64,000 nucleotides of DNA from IMG/VR virus record IMGVR_UViG_3300028888_000086. The stretch is one strand, 5' to 3'. Position 1 is the first letter of the stretch; every line of letters starts with the position of its first letter. Below the pieces are notes generated by a model. That model was not told the DNA's origin, did no database searches, and worked only from the letters and a program-made list of their open reading frames with translations. Below, piece after piece: positions 10,815-19,763 of the stretch. Both the position numbers and the translations under genes were made by a program. Source of the DNA: a virus (lineage: Duplodnaviria > Heunggongvirae > Uroviricota > Caudoviricetes).

Positions 10815-11120
10815 CATACAAAACATTGAATATTCCGAAAAATACTTATATTTTCATATAAGACTAGACTATATCATCATCTATATTTCAAGATGGACTG
10901 CGCTTCAAAAATAGGAATTTCACCTATTTCTTACTCCATATAGGATAGTCGTTACACCTTTTTTGATTTATAATTTCAAAACTTGGCTCGGGATTGCCAT
11001 ATTATATTTCTATAACTTAGGTTTCCCCGATAGCAGAGATTTTATTTTCTCCACACCTAGCATTTACTAGTTCACAGTCTTTGCATTATAAGATCGCTCT
11101 TATAAGTCACAAATTTCTTT
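10815..11120 (-). mobile_element. group I intron A of rpoC (family 1, no ORF, ~306 nt)
   Basis: R GGUGUAACGACUAUCC (~10943-10958) and S GAUGAUGAUAUAGUCUAG (~10867-10884) are present. The 5' exon ends CAU (U). The intron ends UGUAUG. Confidence 0.7.
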
Positions 11121-12281
11121 ATGAAGTGTAGGAGGCCTATTAATAATTACTAGTTGTTTTTCTGCAAATTCCTTAAATAATTTTTGAGTTTCAGGATTAA
11201 ATGCTTCTTCTCTAGTAGCTTTCATAGCCTCTTTGTATGTAAAGTTAAGCTCTTTCTGTAGATGTTCAATAAATTTTTCTCTAAGTAATTCATAAGCAAT
11301 AGATACAGGAATACCAATTTCATCAATCTTCAAATCTGTTGCTGGAACAATTGGACATCTTGCAGAGTTTTTTGTTCTTACTCCAAATAATTCACGGGCT
11401 AAATTTTCTTTGGAGGTATTTAATAATTCAGTAGCTTCTTTTTTACCTGTATTCAAAAAAGCTCTAAGTAATGCAGTATATCTAACTTTTTCGCCAGGAG
11501 TTTTAAAGCGGCCAATTACTTCTTCATAATTCAGGTCATTACTTTTTTTATCCTGTACACAACAAAGTCTAATAATAATACTGTACCAAACTGACAATTT
11601 ACTAGACCCTTGAGTTTTCTTACCATTTTTATATTCAAAGGTAACGGGTCTCATCATTGCAGGTAATACTAAATAATATCGATTTATAAGTTTTCTGAAT
11701 TCGTTTGCTCTTTCTGGGAAGTGTTTTTCTATAATAGCTAACAGACCTTCATAAGAACATTTAGATTCATCTGTTATAAATTCAGATATTTTTAGTTCTT
11801 TCTTTGTGGGACTATAAGTAAATTGGCAAGTATCAAAAACCTTTATAGTTAATTTCTTTCCACCACGACCAGCATATCCTAAGTTTTTGAAATCATTACC
11901 TTGGAAATCTAGTTTGATAGTACTTTCAGAAAATATATCATCAAATAATTCTTTAAATATATCAAATCTCAAGTCATTTAAGTAATAAAAAGGTAATTCT
12001 ATTCTTGCAAATCTTCTCATACCTTCCTCTCTTGTAAAAACTCTAGCTCCACAAAAAGGGCAAGGTTCATGAGAGGCTCTTTTAATTTTACCACAAATAC
12101 AACGATCTTCATAGATTGACCCGAAAGCATCAACATCATAAACTCCTCCAGGTATGGGTTCAGGATAGTTGAATTTCAGGTTAAAGTCTCTATGATCAAA
12201 TAAAACTCTATCTCGACCATCACTTCTTGTATAGTCTAATATAGCTTCATCTGTTAATAATTCTAGTGATACTTTTGACAT
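11121..12281 (-). CDS. rpoC: RNA polymerase beta' subunit exon 1 (through ...INRPPTLH)
   Basis: N-terminal Zn finger CICGKIKRASHEPCPFCG, RFARIELPFYY (RMGHIEL), INRPPTLHK (LNRAPTLHR). The annotated tail EICDL* is intron read-through. Confidence 0.9.
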
Positions 12282-12297
12282 AATTTACTTTTTTTAA

Positions 12298-13383
12298 TCA
12301 TTCTGTATCTTTCCAAATAATTTTACTAGCTAATTCTGAGTCTATAGGATTTGCTTTAGACCACTCTTTCAGCATTTGTTTAACATCGGCTATAGCATCA
12401 GACCTAGTTTTATCTTTTAATTTTTCATATATACCAGGTTCAACAGCTACTTCAATTAAATCAGAAATAACATCTTGAGTTATAGCTTTAGAAGTATTCG
12501 TAAACTTGGCACGATACTCACGATAAATAACTACATCATCATAAGTTAAATTAAGGTCAGCAAATTCAGAAGAGGTTCTAATTTCAGCTGGTTCTTTATT
12601 AAACCAAGATAACTGTAATTTTCTAACACGGGCAGCAACTTGAGGTCTTCCAGCATCTTCATATCTCTGAGCTAATTCTTCTACTATATCATATTTAACA
12701 GACATAATTTTATTTAAAGCTCTATTAATTTGATTAGCATAAACCTCAGGCATTGTTGGACAGTCTATAATTAAATCATATAAACCGGATGAGAATAAAT
12801 AAATAATCAGAGCGGGTAATTGTCTCTGTTTTCTCTTTCTAGATATTGTAGAATCCTTTGATAAATCTCGGGAAGCCAAATAATCAACAAACCTAGCCAT
12901 ATATTCTCTAGCATCATCAGTAAATTTCTTATTAAATGATCCAGATTCATCTCCGAGTAAATTCTCATCCACATCCTCTCCTCTTAAAGGTGTATCAGGA
13001 GCATAAACAGAATTAACCATACGAGCATGACCTTGTCTTTGTAATAGATCTTTAACAATAAAATTAGCTGTATTAGTACTAGAATGTTTAGGATTAGCTA
13101 AAACAATAGAAGTTAAAACATCCTCTAAAGCTGTATCTGGTGATTTCTTTCCTGCTGTAAGAATATCATCATAAGCCGTACATAACCAAATTTCATCTTG
13201 AGTCATTTTACCAGCATATTGACTAGCATCTACATGTTCATTTTTAGATTCACTTTCTTCCTCTGATTCATTAGAGTCTCCTTCAGTCTCATCACCAACA
13301 TCATCGTCTGGCATTGGGAAAAAATAACTATCCTCATTTACATCAGACTCATCATCATTAAAATAATATTGATTATCTTCCAT
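12298..13383 (-). CDS. acidic hypothetical protein, first gene of the rpoC-rpoB operon (possible RNAP-associated factor)
   Basis: 361 aa with a D/E-rich N-terminus. GC is clearly higher than in flanking DNA. It is preceded by a minus-oriented promoter motif at ~13471-13495. Confidence 0.6.
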   Translation of the reverse strand: MEDNQYYFNDDESDVNEDSYFFPMPDDDVGDETEGDSNESEEESESKNEHVDASQYAGKMTQDEIWLCTAYDDILTAGKKSPDTALEDVLTSIVLANPKHSSTNTANFIVKDLLQRQGHARMVNSVYAPDTPLRGEDVDENLLGDESGSFNKKFTDDAREYMARFVDYLASRDLSKDSTISRKRKQRQLPALIIYLFSSGLYDLIIDCPTMPEVYANQINRALNKIMSVKYDIVEELAQRYEDAGRPQVAARVRKLQLSWFNKEPAEIRTSSEFADLNLTYDDVVIYREYRAKFTNTSKAITQDVISDLIEVAVEPGIYEKLKDKTRSDAIADVKQMLKEWSKANPIDSELASKIIWKDTE

Positions 13384-13544
13384 AATTTTAAATATATTTT
13401 ATATTTTCAAAATTTTTTAAAAAATATTAATTTTTATACTGACATGTTTTAATTTTTTTATGTCAGTCTTCATATATAGGATTTTTAAGGGATTTAAAGC
13501 GTGTTTTTATAATTTCAGAATAAAAAGGAAATTTTAAAACCCCG

Positions 13545-13560
13545 AAATCCTTATATATGA
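13545..13560 (+). promoter_or_regulatory. conserved promoter-like motif (AAATCCTTATATATGA) driving the tRNA cluster
   Basis: It is a family member of the AAAGCCTTATATATGTA motif, and the first tRNA starts 7 nt downstream. Confidence 0.55.
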
Positions 13561-13566
13561 TTTAAT

Positions 13567-13654
13567 GGAGAGGTGCCGAAGTTGGTCATAACGGCCTAGA
13601 CTTGAAATCTTGTGTGTCTTTATAGACCCGTGGGTTCGAATCCCACCCTCTCCG
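13567..13654 (+). tRNA. tRNA-Ser(UGA), class II with long variable arm
   Basis: Acceptor GGAGAGG/CCTCTCC, D-arm GCCG...CGGC, anticodon loop CTTGAAA, T-arm GTGGGTTCGAATCCCAC. Confidence 0.8.
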
Positions 13655-13678
13655 CTTTCAAAATAAAATAACAAAAAT

Positions 13679-14088
13679 GGCGGCATGTTGGAATTGGTAG
13701 ACAAGGCGGTCTTTTTGCCAATTAGACAAACAAAAGAGAGTGCATAGGTAAGAAATTCCTATGTAGAACCTCTCAAATTCGGTGGAAGTCTCTATGAGAA
13801 AATACCGAGCTAAATCAGATTTAATTCTGTAAATGTGTAGAGAGCAGAAGGGAGGTACCTAAGTTGAGAAAAGCATTGAGTATGACGGTAGTGCGGAGGT
13901 GTCAGCCTCAGGATTGGTTCGACTCCAAAATGCTGAGTTGCAACTTTTTCAATATGGTAATGGTGTGCTCCAGACCACAACAACACAATTAGTCGCCAAG
14001 CGTCTGAGAAAGTTGGCTATGGTAACATAGTGTGGTAGGAAAAACCGCTCCCAATTATGGGGTCCCAGTTCGACTCTGGGTGTCGCTA
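13679..14088 (+). tRNA. tRNA-Leu(UAA) interrupted by a 326-nt group I intron between U34 and A35 (exons 13679-13713 and 14040-14088)
   Basis: 5' exon GGCGGCA TG TTG GAATTGGTAGA CAA G GCGGT CUU. 3' exon AAAA ACCGC, long variable arm TCCCAATTATGGGG, T-arm CCCAGTTCGACTCTGGG, acceptor TGTCGCT (two G.U pairs with GGCGGCA). The intron ends ...GUAGG. Confidence 0.75.
13714..14039 (+). mobile_element. group I intron (family 2) in the tRNA-Leu(UAA) anticodon loop
   Basis: Canonical cyanobacterial/plastid trnL insertion site. The 5' exon ends in U and the intron ends in G. It has internal P7-like pairing UUCGACUCC / UUAGUCGCC, and shares AAUACCGAGCUAA with the AAA+ ATPase intron. Confidence 0.65.
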
Positions 14089-14136
14089 CAAAAGAGGTGA
14101 AAAATCCTCTTTTATTTTTCCGTCTATAAATCCTTA

Positions 14137-14154
14137 AAAGCCTTATATATGTAA
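14137..14154 (+). promoter_or_regulatory. promoter-like motif AAAAGCCTTATATATGTA preceding a ~140-nt structured non-coding region
   Basis: Motif family member. It sits immediately after the hairpin AGAGGTGAAAAATCCTCT plus T-run. Confidence 0.5.
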
Positions 14155-14335
14155 TGGAGATCGAGCTAATAGTTAATTCCGATTTTCCGGGGTAAAGACG
14201 CACCCGGCAACAGAAGTGGTCAAATTTATGAAAAGGGAAAGCCTGAGAATGCACCATTACGTTAGACTGTGCAAAAAACTTGGGCTTTCCTAATTTTTTT
14301 TCAAGACTTTTATGTCTTTTTATTTTTTTTCTTGA
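14155..14335 (+). ncRNA. candidate small RNA (promoter to double terminator)
   Basis: No ORF. Stems CCGGGG...CCCGG, GGAAAGCC...GGGCUUUCC plus U8, then AAGACUUUUAUGUCUU plus U-run. Promoter upstream and next gene's promoter downstream. Confidence 0.4.
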
Positions 14336-14369
14336 GAACCTTATATGTGAATTTTAAATATATATTAAA

Positions 14370-15989
14370 ATGGAAATATTAATAAATAATTCAGAATTTA
14401 AATTAACAGAAATTAATTATTTAGATCTTAATGATGTTAAAAATAATGGATCTAAATTAGAAAATTATAGATATTTAAGTAAAGGTATTATTAGTGGACC
14501 AGCTGATAATACAGATATTTGGACTTATAAAACATTTGGTGAAATTTTAATACCTATCAATATTTATAAAACTCCAGCTATATCTAAAAATAAATATTTT
14601 ATAATTGAAAGAGGGAAAACTAATATAGTTGATAAAGATTATACAAATGAAGAAATTAGTATAATGTCAGGTATAGCAAGAGCTCTAATACTAGAAAATA
14701 AATCTAAATTAACTATATATAGAAAATTAGAATTATTAGAAGGATTATTAAGATCTATAGGAAGAGTTACACCATTAAAAGAATTTTATACGTTTGGTGA
14801 TAGGCTTGATAATACTTATCAAAGTATCATTAAGTCTTTAGAGATAAATAATTTACTAAAAGATAAAAAAATAGATAAGAGATCACTAAGTTATCCATTA
14901 TATAGAGGGGGTAAGCGTTATAGTATCTATGAATTAATAAATGATTTAATAGAAGATAAGTCATTCATTTTAGATACTAAAGATTTCAAACTAGTATCTT
15001 CTAAAACTATCAATGAAAAAGTAAATACGAAAAGAGTTTCTGATGAATGGTGTAGAATAATAGGAAAAACAGGAAATAAAACAAGAGCTAATATGTCTAT
15101 AGATTTTTTAGCTAATATTCTTGTTGAAATTCCTGAAAATAATGTAGGAATTGAACCTGGAAAAATTATACATGTTACAGCTCCTAGAAAAATTTGTATT
15201 ATAAGAGATGGATTACTTATTAATTCAAAATTAATTATAAAAGTTAATTCAAAAAAATTACAACAAAAATTAGTTGGTGCTAGAATAATAAAAGAGAGAT
15301 TGTTGTATAAAAATGAATTAGTACTTGATCTTACAAAACTTCCTATAATTAATAGGAATAAGCTTAAAGTTGATATATTTGATGTAGCCCAAACTGAAGT
15401 AAGGTATACAATGTCAAGTATCGCATGTGAATATTTAAAAAGAAGAATTTACATGAGAGATAAAAAAGTATCAACTTGTCCCGAAAGATTACCAAAACCA
15501 AAAAAGAGTGACATAGAGAAATATCTAGAAAACTTAGGAATATACGGAAGTAGCTTATGTCCAACTAAAGTAAAGACAGAATCAAACTCTACTTACCTAG
15601 TTAATGAAGTGAGTGGAAAGATTTATGATATGACAAGTAGGTATTACTCTGATGAAGTATATTATTACTTTAATAATATTAGTAAGTGTAATCAAGTAGT
15701 GAAGGATTTCTTAATAGAACTAGATAATTGTTTAAAAACCAACTCATTAGATGAATTAAATGAGGTATGGAGTAAAAAACATAAAGAATATGAAAAGAGG
15801 TTAAGAGATTTAAAATTTAGATTATTATTCGGTAGAACATTCAATTTTAAATGCACTACTAATCAAAAAAAGGTGGACTACTCTTTATACTTTAATAAAG
15901 TAAGTGTTCCTATTCCATTAAGTAATAAGAGTGTATCAGTTGGTTGGAAATTTGAAACTAAAAACGCATATAGTTATGATTTTAGATAA
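14370..15989 (+). CDS. hypothetical protein (539 aa)
   Basis: Long ORF preceded by CCTTATATGTG motif at ~14338. Confidence 0.6.
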   Translation: MEILINNSEFKLTEINYLDLNDVKNNGSKLENYRYLSKGIISGPADNTDIWTYKTFGEILIPINIYKTPAISKNKYFIIERGKTNIVDKDYTNEEISIMSGIARALILENKSKLTIYRKLELLEGLLRSIGRVTPLKEFYTFGDRLDNTYQSIIKSLEINNLLKDKKIDKRSLSYPLYRGGKRYSIYELINDLIEDKSFILDTKDFKLVSSKTINEKVNTKRVSDEWCRIIGKTGNKTRANMSIDFLANILVEIPENNVGIEPGKIIHVTAPRKICIIRDGLLINSKLIIKVNSKKLQQKLVGARIIKERLLYKNELVLDLTKLPIINRNKLKVDIFDVAQTEVRYTMSSIACEYLKRRIYMRDKKVSTCPERLPKPKKSDIEKYLENLGIYGSSLCPTKVKTESNSTYLVNEVSGKIYDMTSRYYSDEVYYYFNNISKCNQVVKDFLIELDNCLKTNSLDELNEVWSKKHKEYEKRLRDLKFRLLFGRTFNFKCTTNQKKVDYSLYFNKVSVPIPLSNKSVSVGWKFETKNAYSYDFR

Positions 15990-16593
15990 TGTAAATAAAA
16001 TAGTAAATTTATTAGATTTTAATAGAACAATTAAATTTTATTATCTCGAAATTATACAGAGAAAAAAAGATAACTCGAATATAATAAAAGATAGAAAAAT
16101 ATATCAAAGATTTATAGTTAGTGCTGAAGAATTATATAAAAATTTAGAAGATATTAAACTATTGTGTAAAGTTTATAATGCTAGGGCTTACATTAGTTTA
16201 ATTGCAAAATCTAATGAAAAATTTACTAAAGAGTGTTTAAAAGCATATACAGAAAAAGTGTGTTCTAATAATTATAGTAATACATTTTTAATTCCAGAAA
16301 AAATAGTATTATTACCTCAATGTAAATGTGGTAATGGGGAGGAATTTTGGATTCTTGATGTAGACATAAAAGATATAGACTATATAAATAAACTTAAAGA
16401 AACTATCGATAAAAATTTAGTAACTGTATATGAAACTCTAAACACTCCAAACGGTTATCATTTAGTAGTTGATACTTTTAATTTAAAACACAAAGGTTTA
16501 ATATATCTTCAGGATGATAACTATGTGTTTGAAAACTTTAAATTTACATTAAGACGGGAGGCATTAACTATACTATATGCAAATATTAATTAG
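15931..16593 (+). CDS. hypothetical protein (true start probably at the internal Met MILDNVNK, ~15976)
   Basis: ORF overlaps the upstream gene end. Confidence 0.5.
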   Translation: MYQLVGNLKLKTHIVMILDNVNKIVNLLDFNRTIKFYYLEIIQRKKDNSNIIKDRKIYQRFIVSAEELYKNLEDIKLLCKVYNARAYISLIAKSNEKFTKECLKAYTEKVCSNNYSNTFLIPEKIVLLPQCKCGNGEEFWILDVDIKDIDYINKLKETIDKNLVTVYETLNTPNGYHLVVDTFNLKHKGLIYLQDDNYVFENFKFTLRREALTILYANIN

Positions 16594-16637
16594 ACTTGAA
16601 ATTCTTATATATGATACATACTTAAATTTAATATACT

Positions 16638-17141
16638 ATGAGTGTAAATGTAAAAATGAAAAGAGTTTACGTAAAATTGAAGAATGGAGAAGAAAGACCT
16701 CTTGAATTTTATCAACCTAATATAGCTGAATTTGATGAAAATGGAAATTTAAAGTTTATATGTGATGGGGGTTGTTCATATTTCAATATCTGTCCTAAAT
16801 TAAGAGACCCAAGAAATCCAGATGATCCGGATTTATGTTTCATAGATTTTTGTCAGGATTTAGGTTCCGATGACGATGGAAATAGAACAGACTTTTCTAA
16901 TATGTGTCCTGTTGATGGAACTATAGAAGCAAATTTAGGAGATCAACTAGATATATTTCAAAATATTATAAAAACTAATCCTTTCATCAGAGTCACGGAT
17001 GTAATTGAAAAAGTATGTAAGGGAGAAGATGAATTTCCTAATTTTTCATGTTATAATGAAAAACATACTAATTGTCGTTATACTAATGATATGTGTATAT
17101 TAAAATCATTGTTTCCTAAGAGCAAAGTTAAAAATGAGTGA
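16638..17141 (+). CDS. Cys-rich hypothetical protein
   Basis: 167 aa with multiple C pairs (CDGGCSYFNICP, CFIDFCQD). Confidence 0.5.
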   Translation: MSVNVKMKRVYVKLKNGEERPLEFYQPNIAEFDENGNLKFICDGGCSYFNICPKLRDPRNPDDPDLCFIDFCQDLGSDDDGNRTDFSNMCPVDGTIEANLGDQLDIFQNIIKTNPFIRVTDVIEKVCKGEDEFPNFSCYNEKHTNCRYTNDMCILKSLFPKSKVKNE

Positions 17142-18021
17142 CTATTTTTCTAATATTAATGAAGAAAAACAGTTTATACCGCCAGATTATAGTGTAGATT
17201 CAGAATCAGAAGAAAAAGAGAGTGAGGATAATATAGATGATTTAGATGAAGAATCCATAACCCCATTTGATGAAAGTGAAGAAGAAGAATTATTAGATTA
17301 TTTACATGGATCTGAAGATAAAAAAACTAAAAAAGAGGAAAAGGAGGAAACTATAATGACAACATCTCCATTTTCAGCTACACCATCAACAACTCCTTCA
17401 TGGGGTGGTTGGGGAAATACTCAACAAAATAATGGAGGAAGTTTTTGGAGTAATACTCAACAAAGTAAATCAAGTTGGGGTGGATTTGGATCATTTGGTC
17501 AGTCAACAACAACCCAAAAAGAACAAATAAATAGAAATAAAAAGGTAATATTTTGTGATTTTTTAGATTGTATTGTAGAGACTTGGCAATCAAATGGTCA
17601 ATCTGGATTACTTCCTAGAGATATATATGATTTAAAACCTAGATTTGAAGTTTGGGCGAAATTAGCAGCTTTTAATCCAGAAAAAATATATATAATTGTT
17701 CCTAGGAATTTATTACCCTCAACAAATGGACCTGATGCTTGGACTATGACATTAAATTATTTTTGCTGTAGTTTAAGTTCATTTATAAGAGTTCCTTTCA
17801 ATTGTTGTCAAATACTAGTTCAACAAATGCTAGGACAACCAAAAGAGTCTATAATTCAATCTATAATAAATTTTCCTAATTTTCCTGTTAAAAAAGAAGA
17901 AATAATTTGTATAGGAATTTATTCGGGAGAAAATGGACAAAGTAATAGAGATATACTTGCAGCTAATTTATGTGGATTGGATTATGTAGATCTAAATAAG
18001 TTAATAAATAATATGTATTAA
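17134..18021 (+). CDS. hypothetical protein with acidic N-terminus and S/T/G/W-rich low-complexity linker
   Basis: TTPSWGGWGNTQQNNGGSFWSNTQQSKSSWGGFGSFG region; start overlaps the upstream stop. Confidence 0.5.
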   Translation: MSDYFSNINEEKQFIPPDYSVDSESEEKESEDNIDDLDEESITPFDESEEEELLDYLHGSEDKKTKKEEKEETIMTTSPFSATPSTTPSWGGWGNTQQNNGGSFWSNTQQSKSSWGGFGSFGQSTTTQKEQINRNKKVIFCDFLDCIVETWQSNGQSGLLPRDIYDLKPRFEVWAKLAAFNPEKIYIIVPRNLLPSTNGPDAWTMTLNYFCCSLSSFIRVPFNCCQILVQQMLGQPKESIIQSIINFPNFPVKKEEIICIGIYSGENGQSNRDILAANLCGLDYVDLNKLINNMY

Positions 18022-18045
18022 TACTAATTAAAATCAATTTAAATC

Positions 18046-18354
18046 ATGATTAAATCTGATAATTACAAATTAAAATGGATTGATGAAGGAGGTATATTTT
18101 TCCCAGTTAATGGAAATACTATATTACATTCATCATTAGGTCCTGGTGTCTGGAAAGTTGTACCTAGTCCTCGTATGAATGATGGAAGATTAGGACTAAC
18201 TAAAGTATGTGATAAATTTGAATTCGAATACAAAATTTATGACATAGGAAATAAAAGCTTCAGAGATAAAGTTATTAATGTCTGGAATTCTGATCTGTTT
18301 ATAGAAGATGGAAGAAATTTAGGCATAATAATGAATGGAACAAAAGGAACGGGT
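18046..18354 (+). CDS. AAA+ ATPase exon 1 (ends ...NGTKGTG, first half of Walker A)
   Basis: The ORF ends exactly at GTKGTG-stop and the exon ends in U (GGU). Confidence 0.7.
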
Positions 18355-18616
18355 TAAATAAATAGCCCTTCTTCTAAGGAATTAGAAGAATTTTTAAGGA
18401 ACGAATTCGGTGAAGGCTGTGATGCTAATACCGAGCTAACAGAAATAATTACGTAAGGTATTTCTGTAGTGTAGAGCATAGTAGTTGAATAAATATAATA
18501 CTACCAAGAGCGCTCCTTACCCCAACTGAAATAAGTGGGTAAAAATATATGCCGAGCTTATAAGAAGAAGAATTATAAGAGTCTAGGGATAAAAAGCTCT
18601 AGAGATAACAAAACTG
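18355..18616 (+). mobile_element. group I intron (family 2) splitting the P-loop codons of the AAA+ ATPase gene
   Basis: Joining the exons gives GTKGTG|KTVSAKLLCNELNMPVLIVDSDF, i.e. GxxGxGKT. The intron contains AAUACCGAGCUAA and CCGAGCUUAUAAG, shared with the trnL intron, and ends ...AACUG. Confidence 0.65.
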
Positions 18617-19549
18617 AAAACCGTATCAGCTAAACTTCTCTGTAATGAACTTAATATGCCTGTATTAATTGTTGATAGTGATTTTGAAGGTAGAATCTTA
18701 GAATTTATACAAAATTTAGATTATGAATGTGTAGTTCTTATTGATGAAGCCGAAAAAACATTTAAAGACGAAAGAGATAACAGTGAAGTTTTATTGAAGC
18801 TTATTGACGGAATATATAATAGATCCAGAAAATTATATATTCTCACTACTAATAAATTAACTGTAAATGAAAATTTATTAGGAAGACCAGGTAGAATCAG
18901 ATATATACAAGAATTCAATAATCTTGATCCTAAATTGATATCACTGTATTTAGATGACAATTTAAAGGATAAAGAAAAGAAACAATACGTAACTGAAATT
19001 GTAGATCTTTTAGAAATCTCAACTATCGACATTCTCAAAAATGTTGTAGATGAGGTTAATATGTTTGGTGAAATTCCTGAAGATTCGCCAATGAATATTC
19101 CAAGAGGTAAGTACGTATTTGATATTCTTAAATTGTGGGGTTGTACCGAAGATGATATTCCAGATGTTAAAAAGTTTCTGGATAAACATAAGACTTCTGG
19201 AAAATCGTTATATGAATGGTTATATAATAAAGCAAATGATGAAGATCTTCCAGAAGAATATAAAGATACAGAAGATAACTACTACAATTATGAACTTCTA
19301 AGAAATGAATTTGGATATACCAATAGTTGTACATATTCTACAATAGATAAACTTTCTACAAAGTATAGTACAATGTGGAAAGACTGTGATACCTCTATAG
19401 GTAGAGTATTAACAGAACCAGATGCATTCCATAAAGAAGGTGGAGATTATAATTTTATGCTAATTGAAGGGAGATATGATAAGGAAGTTTATCTTTGCGT
19501 ATTACTAAAACAAAGAAAATCTCCAACATTATATCATGGAGTATATTAA
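18617..19549 (+). CDS. AAA+ ATPase exon 2 (Walker B VVLIDEAE, sensor-1 TTN, Arg finger RPGRIR)
   Basis: Classic AAA second region of homology LLGRPGRIRY. The frame is open upstream of the annotated Met back to 18617. Confidence 0.75.
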   Translation, partial: KTVSAKLLCNELNMPVLIVDSDFEGRILEFIQNLDYECVVLIDEAEKTFKDERDNSEVLLKLIDGIYNRSRKLYILTTNKLTVNENLLGRPGRIRYIQEFNNLDPKLISLYLDDNLKDKEKKQYVTEIVDLLEISTIDILKNVVDEVNMFGEIPEDSPMNIPRGKYVFDILKLWGCTEDDIPDVKKFLDKHKTSGKSLYEWLYNKANDEDLPEEYKDTEDNYYNYELLRNEFGYTNSCTYSTIDKLSTKYSTMWKDCDTSIGRVLTEPDAFHKEGGDYNFMLIEGRYDKEVYLCVLLKQRKSPTLYHGVY

Positions 19550-19561
19550 AAAAAAGAAAGA

Positions 19562-19592
19562 AGAGTAGAATTATTCTACTCTTTTTATTTTA
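19562..19592 (+). terminator. hairpin AGAGTAGAATTATTCTACTCT plus T-run
   Basis: Inverted repeat followed by TTTTTATTTT after the gene end. Confidence 0.6.
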
Positions 19593-19609
19593 TGTGTCGA
19601 AAAAAAAAG

Positions 19610-19737
19610 AGAAGGTGTCAAAACCTGGGTATATACCCAACCTTCTCAATAGACCTTAAAACCGTCACGGTAAAATATTCTTACCCATTTTAAAGATTAT
19701 GAAACACTCCACATTTATTTCATATATAAGGCTTTGA
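19610..19737 (-). ncRNA. candidate ~110-nt small RNA on the minus strand (promoter at 19721-19737, terminator hairpin GAGAAGGU...ACCUUCUC plus U9)
   Basis: Orphan minus-oriented promoter motif with no ORF downstream (only a 7-codon MGKNILP). Palindromic loop GGGUAUAUACCC. Confidence 0.4.
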
Positions 19738-19763
19738 AGGATTAAAAAAGAATGGGAGATGTT

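Noticed and set aside
13660-14100. tmRNA or RNase P RNA hypothesis for the structured region after tRNA-Ser
   Set aside because: There is no tmRNA 5' GGGGCUGAUUC-type or 3' tRNA-Ala-like end. The sequence is fully explained as a split tRNA-Leu plus group I intron.
13949-14257. ORF on minus strand (102 aa) over the tRNA-Leu intron and 3' exon
   Set aside because: It overlaps a structured tRNA/intron region. The open frame is explained by RNA-gene composition.
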